This document shows positions 20,759 through 30,078 of a stretch of 64,000 bases of DNA, in pieces. Positions within the stretch are counted from its first letter, which is position 1; every line of letters begins with the position of its first letter. The notes under the pieces were generated by a model. The model saw only the letters and a list, made by a program, of their open reading frames with translations, made no database searches and had not been told where the DNA came from. Position numbers and translations under genes: made by a program. The stretch comes from an uncultured Bdellovibrionales bacterium (GTDB lineage Bacteria; Patescibacteriota; Minisyncoccia; Moranbacterales; UBA1568): assembly GCA_964624415.1 (NCBI GenBank), contig CAZUWR010000001.1, forward strand, positions 180,256-244,255. The letters run 5' to 3'.

Positions 20759-22174
20759 TTAATTCTTGCGCCTGCGGAAAAGCACACCCGCCGTTTTGAA
20801 ACACAGTTGGATATCGAGCCACAAAGACCAGTTCTCGATATAGAAGACGTCGAGTTTGTACTCATCCTCGAAAGGAAGATCGGAGCGGCCGGCGACCTGC
20901 GCCATACCCGTCACGCCCGGTTTGATGGTCAAGAGTCTGCGATGGTATTCTTTGTACTTCTCCACCTCGCGCTTCTGATGCGGACGCGGACCAACCAGAC
21001 TCATACTGCCGAAGAGTACATTGAAGAATTGCGGAAGCTCATCCAAAGAATAACGCTCGATGAACGCGCCGACACGCATTTTGCGCGGATCGTCCTGAAT
21101 CTTGTACAAAGGCCCCTTGCGGATGCTGCGCTCCTTGATCAATTCCTGTTCATACGCGATAGCCGCCTCAAACTCAAGGTTTTCCTTGGTGATGCAGTAT
21201 TTCCATTTCATATAGCGGAACTTGTAGACATAGAAGATGCCGCCGTTCTCGCCGATGCGCTCATTCTTGTAAATGATCGGCCCGGCCTTGTCTTCGATTT
21301 TGATAAGTATCGCCAAAAGCAGCATAATCGGCGACGAAACCAGAATAAGAATCGAAGATGCGACGATATCGAAGGCGCGCTTCAAAATCTTGCCCCAGCC
21401 ATCCAGCGGCGTGTGTTCCACCTCGATAATCGGTCCCCCATCGAAAATTTTCATAGTGAAGCGAGTCGTCTGCAGCGTGGTCGGGATATATTTATACGTT
21501 ATATTGTTGATAGCGCAGTAATCCAAAAGTTTGCTCTGCTCGCTGTCGGTCAGTGTCGGATCGCACACGATGATTTCGTCGACACCATGATCGAGGCGCA
21601 TTTCTTTGATAGCCTTGATACTCCCGGTTTCCAAACTCCCCACCACCTTGTAGCCCAGATTCGGATTTCGTTTGAAGACCATCTTGAGCCGGCGCAGTCT
21701 GCCATTGGTCCCGATGAGAGCGACCCGATGCACACCGACACCGCGATTCGCCACCAGCCATTTCTGGAATTTCTGCAGCCAGTACCGCGCGAAGACCACA
21801 TACATCACCGCAAACATCCAGCCGGCGAGAATGATAAAACGAGATGAGAACCATTCCCGTTTCAAAAAGATAGCGACGATGATAATGACCAGTCCGAGCG
21901 AAGTGGCCGAAAAAACTTTGAAGGCTTCCTGCCAAAACTTGCGCGTCACGCGGATATCATAGAGCCCTTCGAGCGCATACATTAGCACGAAAAGGCCTGC
22001 GATGATGAAAGTGACATCGAGATAATTCCTGAATGAAAACTGGTAGAGTTTAGGCAAAGCCGAGACTACCTGCGGGATATCGCGGATAGCGAAAGCGGTG
22101 AGTGATGCCAGAACTATCATTGCATAGTCCACCGGCACCTGCACGGCACTGAAAAAAAGTTCGGATCGTTTCAT
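20759..22174 (-). CDS. Undecaprenyl-phosphate sugar phosphotransferase (WbaP/exopolysaccharide initiating transferase)
   Basis: 471 aa. An N-terminal TM block is followed by the C-terminal bacterial sugar transferase domain (FDIVASSILILVSSPIMLLLAILIK...KFRYMKW...YSLDELPQFFNVLFGSMSLVGPRPH). Confidence 0.8.
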   Translation of the reverse strand: MKRSELFFSAVQVPVDYAMIVLASLTAFAIRDIPQVVSALPKLYQFSFRNYLDVTFIIAGLFVLMYALEGLYDIRVTRKFWQEAFKVFSATSLGLVIIIVAIFLKREWFSSRFIILAGWMFAVMYVVFARYWLQKFQKWLVANRGVGVHRVALIGTNGRLRRLKMVFKRNPNLGYKVVGSLETGSIKAIKEMRLDHGVDEIIVCDPTLTDSEQSKLLDYCAINNITYKYIPTTLQTTRFTMKIFDGGPIIEVEHTPLDGWGKILKRAFDIVASSILILVSSPIMLLLAILIKIEDKAGPIIYKNERIGENGGIFYVYKFRYMKWKYCITKENLEFEAAIAYEQELIKERSIRKGPLYKIQDDPRKMRVGAFIERYSLDELPQFFNVLFGSMSLVGPRPHQKREVEKYKEYHRRLLTIKPGVTGMAQVAGRSDLPFEDEYKLDVFYIENWSLWLDIQLCFKTAGVLFRRRKN

Positions 22175-22270
22175 AATGATTCTATTGTATCATAGATCTC
22201 TGACTCTGTGAGCACGCTGAATCGAAAAAATCAAATGGAGGGGAAATATCGGCTCTCCGAAGAAGCAGGA

Positions 22271-22384
22271 GCAAATGAGAAAGAGTTTCTTTTACAGAGT
22301 ACGGATATTTTTCTGCTGAAAAATTCCTCGTACTCACCCCGTCGGTCTCGCAAGCCTCTGTAAAAGAAACTCTCTCTCATTTGC
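22271..22384 (-). ncRNA. Long hairpin with a 29-bp stem (28/29 paired) and a 56-nt loop, immediately 3' of rnpB and in the 5' UTR of the WbaP-like gene
   Basis: Read directly. Arm 1 is gcaaatgagaaagagtttcttttacagag (22271-22299). The reverse complement of arm 2 (22356-22384) is gcaaatgagagagagtttcttttacagag. Confidence 0.45.
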
Positions 22385-22402
22385 GACGCCTTCGCTTCAC
22401 CT

Positions 22403-22781
22403 CACGCTCTATCACGACATACCTATAAGCCGGATTCTGTGCATCGCTTTTGCAAGCGACCGGCTATCATTTCTCTAGGCGCGGCATTGCTGCCGTGCTC
22501 AAGCGGTACTCCTCGGATACAAATCCAAGGCACGACCTTGCACTCGGGTAAGGATTTAGCCGTTTCACCCTCGATATTGCTATCAAGGCTCATCCTCACC
22601 GAAATGAGGATGGCTTCTTTTTTCAAAGAAAGCCGTCTCTGCTCGCACCTCTGTCCTCGCGGACGACGGGAATTACCCGCTACCTGTCTGCTTGTGTCGC
22701 CACAAGCGAGTGTCCGGACTTTCCTCACCCTCCCGTCGAAACGGAAGGGCGCGATGGCCCGATATGTCGTGATAGAGCGTA
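22403..22781 (-). ncRNA. rnpB: RNase P RNA (bacterial type A-like)
   Basis: The minus strand contains the universal P4 motif GAGGAAAGUCCGGAC (+ strand 22711-22727) and the 3' motif ACAGAAUCCGGCUUA (+ strand 22424-22440). The 5' CGCUCUAUCACGACAUA and 3' UAUGUCGUGAUAGAGCG form a perfect 17-bp P1 helix. Length is about 380 nt. The ORFs at 22423..22728(-) and 22439..22858(+) are artefacts over this RNA. Confidence 0.85.
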
Positions 22782-22859
22782 TTGTGAAGGAATCCGTATG
22801 GCTTCATACAACCTTCATAGCATACACCATTTCTTTGAAATTGTCTAGTGGAATATAAA

Positions 22860-22896
22860 AAACCACCCGCATCATTCCTGATTTGGGTGGGTTCAT
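22860..22896. terminator. Hairpin terminator downstream of the 740-aa secreted protein gene
   Basis: aaaaaCCACCCgcatcattcctgatttGGGTGGgtt. Confidence 0.45.
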
Positions 22897-22915
22897 ATTT
22901 GAAACAACCTTTACA

Positions 22916-25138
22916 TCATTTCTTGCTGTAGCGTCCATAGGTTGAAATACTGTCATCACCTGTACACGTAGGTTCTTCACCTCGAGGATTCACACAGGCT
23001 TGTATCGTATGCCATTGCTTTTTCCAGGAACCGTCTTTGGGTATTCTCCAACGGTCTCCGTCCATAGAGTCTTCATCCGTTTTACCCGGAGAAAGCTCGC
23101 TTGGAGAAATGGTGCCGTAACCGATGTTCCACCATGCTCCTCCTGTACCGTTACTTGCGATACGATAAAGCACTCTGACATTGTTAAGCGGTGAAGCTTG
23201 TCCGTCATTGCGCACCCAGATATCGGGATAGACATACTCACCGGTATTGGTGGTACAGCATCCTTTTTGGTCTTGAAATTTGATAATGACAAGATTTGGT
23301 TTAGGTCTGGGTTGTAAAGTGAAGCTCAGAGTCGAACAGTTGTTGTCTTCCCCTTCACTCGTAACCGCATTTTGATAATCAGCACACAGATAGGCCGTGC
23401 AATTTCCCGTCGCATTTGGCATCGTAACCGCAGCTTTGGTTTCTTCCCAGTTGTTTTGTCCGGGAATCAGGTTATAGCTTTCCGTTCCATCATCCGTCAG
23501 ATAGACGGTGCCGGTACCGGGGCATTGTACTGAATAACTGCTGCGGATACCGACTTGAGATGGATTGCTTCCGATGTTTTGGATATATCCGCCAAGTCTG
23601 CCTTGGTCTCCCGCATAAGTTGGAGTTTGTAAAAATTGAAGAGAATGAGCTATGAAGTCGATGTTTGGAACATTGACCACTTGCCCATCGGCTGTGACTT
23701 CGAAGACCGCTTCCGTCGAACCGTTATTGCTTTCGTGCTTTTCAGGATACGCTCCTCCGTTATTGTGATCATCTCTGATATGGTCGATGTAAGCAGTGAT
23801 GTTGTAAATACCAGGCTCGGGAATATCTCTCCAAAGCTCGATACCTTCTTCCTCTTCATGCGTCATCGCAGGAGTCATTCCTGATTTGAGGTGATCGCAT
23901 TGGATGAAATCGGTACCGACCCGTTTCCAGGCATGAGGTCCGCTATGGTCATCTTCTTTGTATCCTTTGGACAGATAGAAATGCACTTCAACCGGTTTTG
24001 AACAATCACCGTTGCCATCGCCTTTGTTTTCAAACTGAGCGTGCATCTGCATCTTCTCGGGAGAACCGTAGGTGTAGCTTTCCGTTTGCCAAGGAGTTGT
24101 GAGCCAGACTTTGTTGGTAACGTAGTCGGGTGGTGGAGATTCAATCGGATCAGTAACGGCAGACGCGCCACCAGGACCTTTTGATGGAATAGTGGCAAAT
24201 CGAGAGATGATTGTCGCCTGTCCGTTTGATAGCATATCATTCGGAATAGCGCCATTGGAATTATAAATTGCATCTGAAACTGCATCCTGAAAAGGATTAC
24301 CAGCGAAACAATCAATATCATCTCCTTGCTTTGCATACCAACAAATAGTTTTGTGATCAGGAACAACCATATTGCTGAAACCATCACTTTCCACTACAAA
24401 ATAGTCAAAGCCATCACCATTTCCGTCATTGGCATACCCATTCAATTGATGGTCACCATTATCATATGCAACTATCATTGGGTTAAGCAATGAAGTATCG
24501 ACGCTCACCTGAAAAATCAAACGCACATCACCGATTTCTTGAATCACAGGCATTGTCGATGGATTACTAATCGATGCACCTTGAGCATAAAAAGCGACAA
24601 CATACACTTTCCCGACTTCCAGTTTATGCGGATTTCGAATCACAACGCCATATCCCGGATGACTATCAAACTCAGGTGTATCTTGAAATAATCCTACGTC
24701 ATCATGGATATTTAATCCAACCGCTCTCCCAAGTGGACGAAAAACATTATTCTTCAACGGCGAAATATCAATCTCCAAACCCATTGGAAAACGAGTATTG
24801 GAATCAAGAAATTTTGACTTAAAGAAATCAATCATTTCATTATCCACTTTAAACGCTATGAGAATTACATTATCCCCAACCGCAACCTTACCTTTTGTTG
24901 GAATCCAACGATGAGGTCTGCTCAACAGTTGATTTTCTATGCCGCTCGCCTCAAACAAAGTTTCGTATCCTTGACCTTTGCATTGAGCATGTTTATTAGC
25001 GGTATCAAAAATAGAAATCTTTTGCGGCATAACCATACACCACCAATACGTTGAGCTTATTTTATCACTCAAAGTACCGGCAGCGACATTCTGCATTGCA
25101 AAGAGCAACGACAGTACTACTATTATACGTAAGAACAT
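22916..25138 (-). CDS. Large secreted protein with CARDB-like repeats
   Basis: 740 aa with an N-terminal signal peptide (MFLRIIVVLSLLFAMQNVAAG). It is Gly/Asn/Asp-rich. The CARDB-like segments are ...PEKHESNNGSTEAVFEV... and ...TSEGEDNNCSTLSFTL.... Confidence 0.5.
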   Translation of the reverse strand: MFLRIIVVLSLLFAMQNVAAGTLSDKISSTYWWCMVMPQKISIFDTANKHAQCKGQGYETLFEASGIENQLLSRPHRWIPTKGKVAVGDNVILIAFKVDNEMIDFFKSKFLDSNTRFPMGLEIDISPLKNNVFRPLGRAVGLNIHDDVGLFQDTPEFDSHPGYGVVIRNPHKLEVGKVYVVAFYAQGASISNPSTMPVIQEIGDVRLIFQVSVDTSLLNPMIVAYDNGDHQLNGYANDGNGDGFDYFVVESDGFSNMVVPDHKTICWYAKQGDDIDCFAGNPFQDAVSDAIYNSNGAIPNDMLSNGQATIISRFATIPSKGPGGASAVTDPIESPPPDYVTNKVWLTTPWQTESYTYGSPEKMQMHAQFENKGDGNGDCSKPVEVHFYLSKGYKEDDHSGPHAWKRVGTDFIQCDHLKSGMTPAMTHEEEEGIELWRDIPEPGIYNITAYIDHIRDDHNNGGAYPEKHESNNGSTEAVFEVTADGQVVNVPNIDFIAHSLQFLQTPTYAGDQGRLGGYIQNIGSNPSQVGIRSSYSVQCPGTGTVYLTDDGTESYNLIPGQNNWEETKAAVTMPNATGNCTAYLCADYQNAVTSEGEDNNCSTLSFTLQPRPKPNLVIIKFQDQKGCCTTNTGEYVYPDIWVRNDGQASPLNNVRVLYRIASNGTGGAWWNIGYGTISPSELSPGKTDEDSMDGDRWRIPKDGSWKKQWHTIQACVNPRGEEPTCTGDDSISTYGRYSKK

Positions 25139-25244
25139 TTTCTGTTCCTCCTGATGTTAAAGAGCTACAATGGTTTTCGAAAGGCGATGTTATGCCTTTC
25201 TTACAAAAGAGAGTTCTGATTCTCTTCTGAAAAGAAAGGAGCAA

Positions 25245-25679
25245 CTATTTTTTGGAAAGGATATCAATGAAGCTTTGAATGCGGGCAACTTGATCTTTTC
25301 GACCATTACTCTCACGTTCATTTGCCTTACTTATCCAAAGTAACTCTCCCTGAGCAATCTCCAACAATTCTTCTTTTGTATACTCTTTTCCCCACGCAGT
25401 TTTTTGTTGTCCTCGATCTATTGCAAGAAAAACGGCGTCATTTTCAGTGAAAAGAGGGTATATTGGCATTCCTTTTGGATATTCTTTGATACAATTTCCG
25501 TTAATATAATCATCAACACCGCAATGCCGATAGGAAACAGGGGGATCTGGCACAAAAATTGTTTTATAGTACACGACATCTTGAACATATAGAATAGCAA
25601 CCCAAAGTAAATAGAGACCAACCAGAGCAATAAAAGGAGTCGCTAAAATCCACAAAGAAATTCTGGTTATTTTTTTCAT
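25245..25679 (-). CDS. Hypothetical membrane-anchored protein
   Basis: 144 aa with an N-terminal TM helix (ISLWILATPFIALVGLYLLWVAILY). Confidence 0.4.
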   Translation of the reverse strand: MKKITRISLWILATPFIALVGLYLLWVAILYVQDVVYYKTIFVPDPPVSYRHCGVDDYINGNCIKEYPKGMPIYPLFTENDAVFLAIDRGQQKTAWGKEYTKEELLEIAQGELLWISKANERESNGRKDQVARIQSFIDILSKK

Positions 25680-25786
25680 ATCATGACATTATTAATATTC
25701 TTAGACCCTTATGAATCCGGGGAATTCCGAACCCGTTTCCAAACGACGGAGTTTCTCATCGCGTGGAAAGGATTCGGAAAAATGCC

Positions 25787-26509
25787 TTATCTGAAAAATT
25801 TCATACTCTTTAGAATGTTAGGGTAAGCAGCTCTAACTTCTGGATATCCAATAAGACCGTATGACAACGAGACTCTACTATTTTCTCGAAATATATCTGC
25901 ACTCAAACCAAATCCGCCATCCAATACGACCGCAGGATACTTATCAATAGTGGTCGTGAAAATCTTATCGCCGTATCCTTGTTTTCTTTTCAGCATAGCC
26001 TCTCTATAATTTAATGGCGTAGATGATATATTTTTATTTTGATAAATATATAAACATAAAGCATCTTCCTTCCCTCCTTCGTACCAATATTCTTTTCCTT
26101 TCTGTCCAAAACACACACCAAATTGTTCATTTCCACTGTAATACTTTGCAGTGGATGCATCCTCAGATTTACTTAAATCATTCACATACCAATCCTTGGG
26201 TATCTTTATCTCAAACCCCATTGCCTCATTGCGATACGTTTGCCATTTGGAGGTGTCTACCGGGCTAAAAGTATACTCTCCATCAATAATATCATTGATA
26301 CTATCCAGCTCATTTCCTTGCGACACCGCCATCTCCGCGGACTGGCCATCAGACACATTTTGTCCGGGAATCGTATATATCGTCTTTATTTCACCCTCTA
26401 TCGGCGAAACTGTCATTTTCTGTTTCGTATACCAAAACCACCCACCGACGACGATAGCAATAATGAGTACGATAATGGCTACAATTAGCCTCTTTGAGAT
26501 GTTTTGCAT
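25787..26509 (-). CDS. Membrane-anchored protein of the MQNISK family (paralog of 46298..47035)
   Basis: The N-terminus MQNISKRLIVAIIVLIIAIVVGGWFWY is nearly identical to that of the paralog. Both share the internal motif W-x-TYRNE-x-GFE-x-K-x-PK. The start is at 26509; the ORF track extends to 26551. Confidence 0.5.
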   Translation of the reverse strand: MQNISKRLIVAIIVLIIAIVVGGWFWYTKQKMTVSPIEGEIKTIYTIPGQNVSDGQSAEMAVSQGNELDSINDIIDGEYTFSPVDTSKWQTYRNEAMGFEIKIPKDWYVNDLSKSEDASTAKYYSGNEQFGVCFGQKGKEYWYEGGKEDALCLYIYQNKNISSTPLNYREAMLKRKQGYGDKIFTTTIDKYPAVVLDGGFGLSADIFRENSRVSLSYGLIGYPEVRAAYPNILKSMKFFR

Positions 26510-26621
26510 AGGATGATATATGTTTCTTAAAGCTATGCTTGAGAATAGCAAGAATTGGCGCTTGCGTCAAGTATTTTTTCAGCTCTACATAGAGAAAATA
26601 TAGATATGCTCGCTTTGAACA

Positions 26622-29009
26622 TTACGCTCGCCGGGTCACTTTCAGATCTTTTTCCAGCGAGGCGGTGATTTTTTCCAGGAGCGTGTCAACATGGGCGCCT
26701 TCAAGCGTCTTGTCCGTATCACCGAAGTGAATATGAAATGCCAGGCTCTTCATCTTCTTTTCCTCATCAAAGTACTGATCGAACAATTCAGCATACAGCA
26801 CCAGTCCCTGACCCTTCTTGACAATACCATCCAAAACATCTTTCACGCGGACGGTCGCCGGTACGAAAAGCGAGATATCACGCAAGACTTCCGGGAAGCG
26901 GCGGAGCGGTGTGAAAGACCGGCTTTCGGGAAGCGCTTTGTGGAGCGAGGTTTGATCCAACTCAAAATACGCCACGCGTTTTTTGATATGGAAATATTCC
27001 AGTACGAACGGGTGGATTTCGCCGATGCGGCCGATGTGGAGCGCCTCGCGTCCTTTGATGGCGAAGATATCGCCCGTGCGGGTCGGGTGCCAGTACTGCC
27101 CGACATGTTCGGTAGTGTCATATGTCGAGACGATGCCCAGCCCGTGAAGCATTTTCTCCAGCAGCCCCTTGAGCGCGAAGAATGGTTCCGCGTCGTTCTT
27201 TTCCAAAACCAATGCTCCGGCACACATCGTGCTTTCGTGCACGGCTTGGAAATCGGAAGCATAGTATACGTTGCCCGTTTCGAAAATACGCAGGGATTTC
27301 TGATGTTTCAGATTCTCTCGGATGTTTTTGAGCAAAGCGGGAAGCAAACTCGCACGCATCAGTGCCTGATCGGGATTCATCGGATTAGCAAGTTCCAAAT
27401 ACGCCACATCGCCCATGCCGATGGCGTCCGCGTCTTGCTTGCTGTAAAAAGCGTAGTTGAGCACTTCCGTGAAACCGCTGGCCACTGCGCTATCCTGGAG
27501 CTTACGGTGTAGTACCTGCGTGTCCGAGAGTGTTGCGCCCGAAAGCGGTACGAGCGGAGCCGTCGCAGGAATAGCATCATACCCGACCAATTTTCCTATC
27601 TCTTCGATCACATCCTCGATGGAGGTCATATCCAAACGATAGGTCGGCACGGTCACCTCGATACTCTGACTTGCCTTCTTGTATTTCACCTCGCACCCTA
27701 TGCGCGGTAACAGCTCGACGATTGCTTCGGCAGATACTTCGATACCGAGAAGTTGCTGCACAGCGTCAATCGGGAGTTTCAAAACTTTCGGTTGTACGGC
27801 TTCTGGATAAACATCAACTACCTGTGGTTCCTCGCCCTTGGCGATATGCTGCAACAGTTCCAGAGCGCGCACCAAAGCTTTCTCTGCAAGATTGGGATCG
27901 AGGTCTTTTTCGAAACGATCGGAAGCATCAGTACGGATACCCAGACGCGTGCGCGTCTTGCGCAAAGTGACGGCATCGAAGTGCGCACTCTCCACAAAAA
28001 TGCTCGTGGTCTTGGCGGTCACACCCGTCACCAGCCCGCCCATCACGCCCGCCACAGCCAAAACATTCTCACTGTCGGCGATTACGATATCCTCCGGCGA
28101 AAGCGCATAAGTCTTATCGTCCAACAATCGCAAAACTTCTCCTTCACGAGCCACGCGTACGGCGATATGTTTCGTACCGTCCGTGTCTGCGGCGATTGTA
28201 TCCCAATCGAAAGCATGCAGTGGCTGACCAAGTTCAAACATCACGAAATTCGTCACGTCCACCACGTTGTTGATGGATTTGATACCGAGTTTTTGCAGAC
28301 GATTTTTGAGCCACGCCGGAGATTTTTTCACCTCGATATTGTGTATCAAAGCACCAATATATCTTTTCGATACTGCCGGACTTTCGATTGATACGGAAAA
28401 TTCTTTCGTATCACCGTGTGTCAGCATTAGGCTTTCATAGTCATAATCCAATACTTCTCCTTCAAGCGCCGCGATCTCGCGAGCCATACCGACATGACTG
28501 AGTGCATCATGCGCCCGATCAGGCAGGACCTTGATATCCAAGAGAAAATCAGTGTCCTTGAGAAATGCTTTGAGCGTTATGCCGACAATCACGGATTTCG
28601 AAAGCACCATAATACCCTCATGACCTTCTCCAAGTCCGAGCTCCTTCTGCGAGCATATCATACCGTTCGATGTCACGTCGCGGATTTCGCTTTGCTTGAT
28701 GATGACACCTCCGGGCAAAATTGCGCCCACCAGCGCTACGGGCACTTTCTGCCCCGCCTTGATATTAGGCGCACCACACACGATTTGCAGGGTTTCCTCG
28801 CCGACATTAATCTGTGCTACCCGAAGACGATCGGCATTGGGATGTTTTTTTAAGTCCATCACCTCGCCCACGACCACGTTCTCAATATCGAAGCCAACTT
28901 CTTCGACCGATTCCACCTCGAAAGCGCGCATCGTCAAAAATTCCGCCAGCTCTTGCGGTGATTTGGATGTCCCGGATAATTCTTGAAGCCAATTGTAGGA
29001 ATATTTCAT
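26622..29009 (-). CDS. pheT: Phenylalanine--tRNA ligase beta subunit
   Basis: 795 aa. Canonical N-terminus MKYSYNWLQELSG...; tRNA-binding, B3/B4 and FDX-ACB domain order. Confidence 0.9.
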   Translation of the reverse strand: MKYSYNWLQELSGTSKSPQELAEFLTMRAFEVESVEEVGFDIENVVVGEVMDLKKHPNADRLRVAQINVGEETLQIVCGAPNIKAGQKVPVALVGAILPGGVIIKQSEIRDVTSNGMICSQKELGLGEGHEGIMVLSKSVIVGITLKAFLKDTDFLLDIKVLPDRAHDALSHVGMAREIAALEGEVLDYDYESLMLTHGDTKEFSVSIESPAVSKRYIGALIHNIEVKKSPAWLKNRLQKLGIKSINNVVDVTNFVMFELGQPLHAFDWDTIAADTDGTKHIAVRVAREGEVLRLLDDKTYALSPEDIVIADSENVLAVAGVMGGLVTGVTAKTTSIFVESAHFDAVTLRKTRTRLGIRTDASDRFEKDLDPNLAEKALVRALELLQHIAKGEEPQVVDVYPEAVQPKVLKLPIDAVQQLLGIEVSAEAIVELLPRIGCEVKYKKASQSIEVTVPTYRLDMTSIEDVIEEIGKLVGYDAIPATAPLVPLSGATLSDTQVLHRKLQDSAVASGFTEVLNYAFYSKQDADAIGMGDVAYLELANPMNPDQALMRASLLPALLKNIRENLKHQKSLRIFETGNVYYASDFQAVHESTMCAGALVLEKNDAEPFFALKGLLEKMLHGLGIVSTYDTTEHVGQYWHPTRTGDIFAIKGREALHIGRIGEIHPFVLEYFHIKKRVAYFELDQTSLHKALPESRSFTPLRRFPEVLRDISLFVPATVRVKDVLDGIVKKGQGLVLYAELFDQYFDEEKKMKSLAFHIHFGDTDKTLEGAHVDTLLEKITASLEKDLKVTRRA

Positions 29010-29016
29010 AGGAAAA

Positions 29017-30057
29017 TTAAAACTGACTTAAAAAGCGCGTGTCGCCGCTATGGAAAAGCCTCACATCAGGGATATCGTATTTCATCGTCACCAAGCGTTC
29101 AATGCCCAGCCCCCATGCCAATCCCTGATACCGATTGCGTTCGTATCCCGCATTGACCAACACATTCTGATTGACCATACCGGCACCGCCGAGTTCCAGC
29201 CAGCCATTATAGCGGCAAGCCGGGCAACCCTTGGAACCGCCGCAAGACAAGCAACTGATATCGAATTCAAAACCAGGCTCAACAAACGGGAAAAAACTCG
29301 GGCGAAGACGGATTTTCACATCCTTTTTAAAAAACTTGGAAAAAAATTCCTGCGCGATGTATTTTAAATGACCGACATTCATATCCTCTCCCACCATTAA
29401 GACCTCAAATTGGGAAAAGGTGTGCTCATGGGTTGTGTCGGTCGCCTCATTGCGAAACACCCGTCCCGGCACCATCAGGCGAAACGGCGGCGTATGCTGC
29501 TGCATATACCGTACCTGCGCAGCGGAAGTATGTGTGCGTAACAAAAGTTTCTCTTCCCCTTCCTTGGAGTGCACCCAAAACGTATCCTGCATATCGCGAG
29601 CCGGGTGATGCGCCGGGACATTGAGGGCATCGAAATTAAAAAATTCGGTCTCAATTTCCGGACCGTCTCCAATCTCAAAACCCATCGAGATAAAAATATC
29701 CTCGATCTCACGCTGTACCTGAGTAATGATATGCAGATGCCCTTCCGGAAAATTGACCCCGGGCGCCGTCACATCCAAGCGCTCTTTCTCCCAATCGACG
29801 GAAGCGAGCTTGATTTTCTGACGCGCCTCGCCCAGCGATTTGACCATTTCTTGTTTGACCGCATTGACCAAAGGGCCGACCATTTGCCGTTCCTCGGAGG
29901 ACAAATCCTTGAGACTTTTGAGCAGCGTCGTGAACTCGCTTTTGCGACCCAAAAAACGGATTTCCCATTCCGCGATGTCCGCTTCGGTCTTGGCTTTGGC
30001 TAGAAGCTTGAAGGCTTCGTTCTGAATATCGACGACGTGTTGTTTGAAAGTATTCAT
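29017..30057 (-). CDS. pheS: Phenylalanine--tRNA ligase alpha subunit
   Basis: 346 aa with class II motifs (FRNE..., GLAWGLGIERL), immediately upstream of pheT. Confidence 0.9.
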   Translation of the reverse strand: MNTFKQHVVDIQNEAFKLLAKAKTEADIAEWEIRFLGRKSEFTTLLKSLKDLSSEERQMVGPLVNAVKQEMVKSLGEARQKIKLASVDWEKERLDVTAPGVNFPEGHLHIITQVQREIEDIFISMGFEIGDGPEIETEFFNFDALNVPAHHPARDMQDTFWVHSKEGEEKLLLRTHTSAAQVRYMQQHTPPFRLMVPGRVFRNEATDTTHEHTFSQFEVLMVGEDMNVGHLKYIAQEFFSKFFKKDVKIRLRPSFFPFVEPGFEFDISCLSCGGSKGCPACRYNGWLELGGAGMVNQNVLVNAGYERNRYQGLAWGLGIERLVTMKYDIPDVRLFHSGDTRFLSQF

Positions 30058-30078
30058 AGTGACTGTAGTAGCGAATTT

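Noticed and set aside
20807-21847. 346-aa plus-strand ORF
   Set aside because: It is antisense to, and fully contained in, the WbaP-like sugar transferase gene. It is an Arg/His-rich low-complexity translation with no motifs.
22423-22858. Two ORF-track entries (22423..22728 minus, 101 aa; 22439..22858 plus, 139 aa)
   Set aside because: They lie entirely over the rnpB RNA gene. The conserved RNase P motifs and P1 helix explain the sequence, so the ORFs are artefacts.
26691-28391. Plus-strand ORFs of 273, 212, 99 and 90 aa inside pheT
   Set aside because: They are antisense to the pheT coding sequence.
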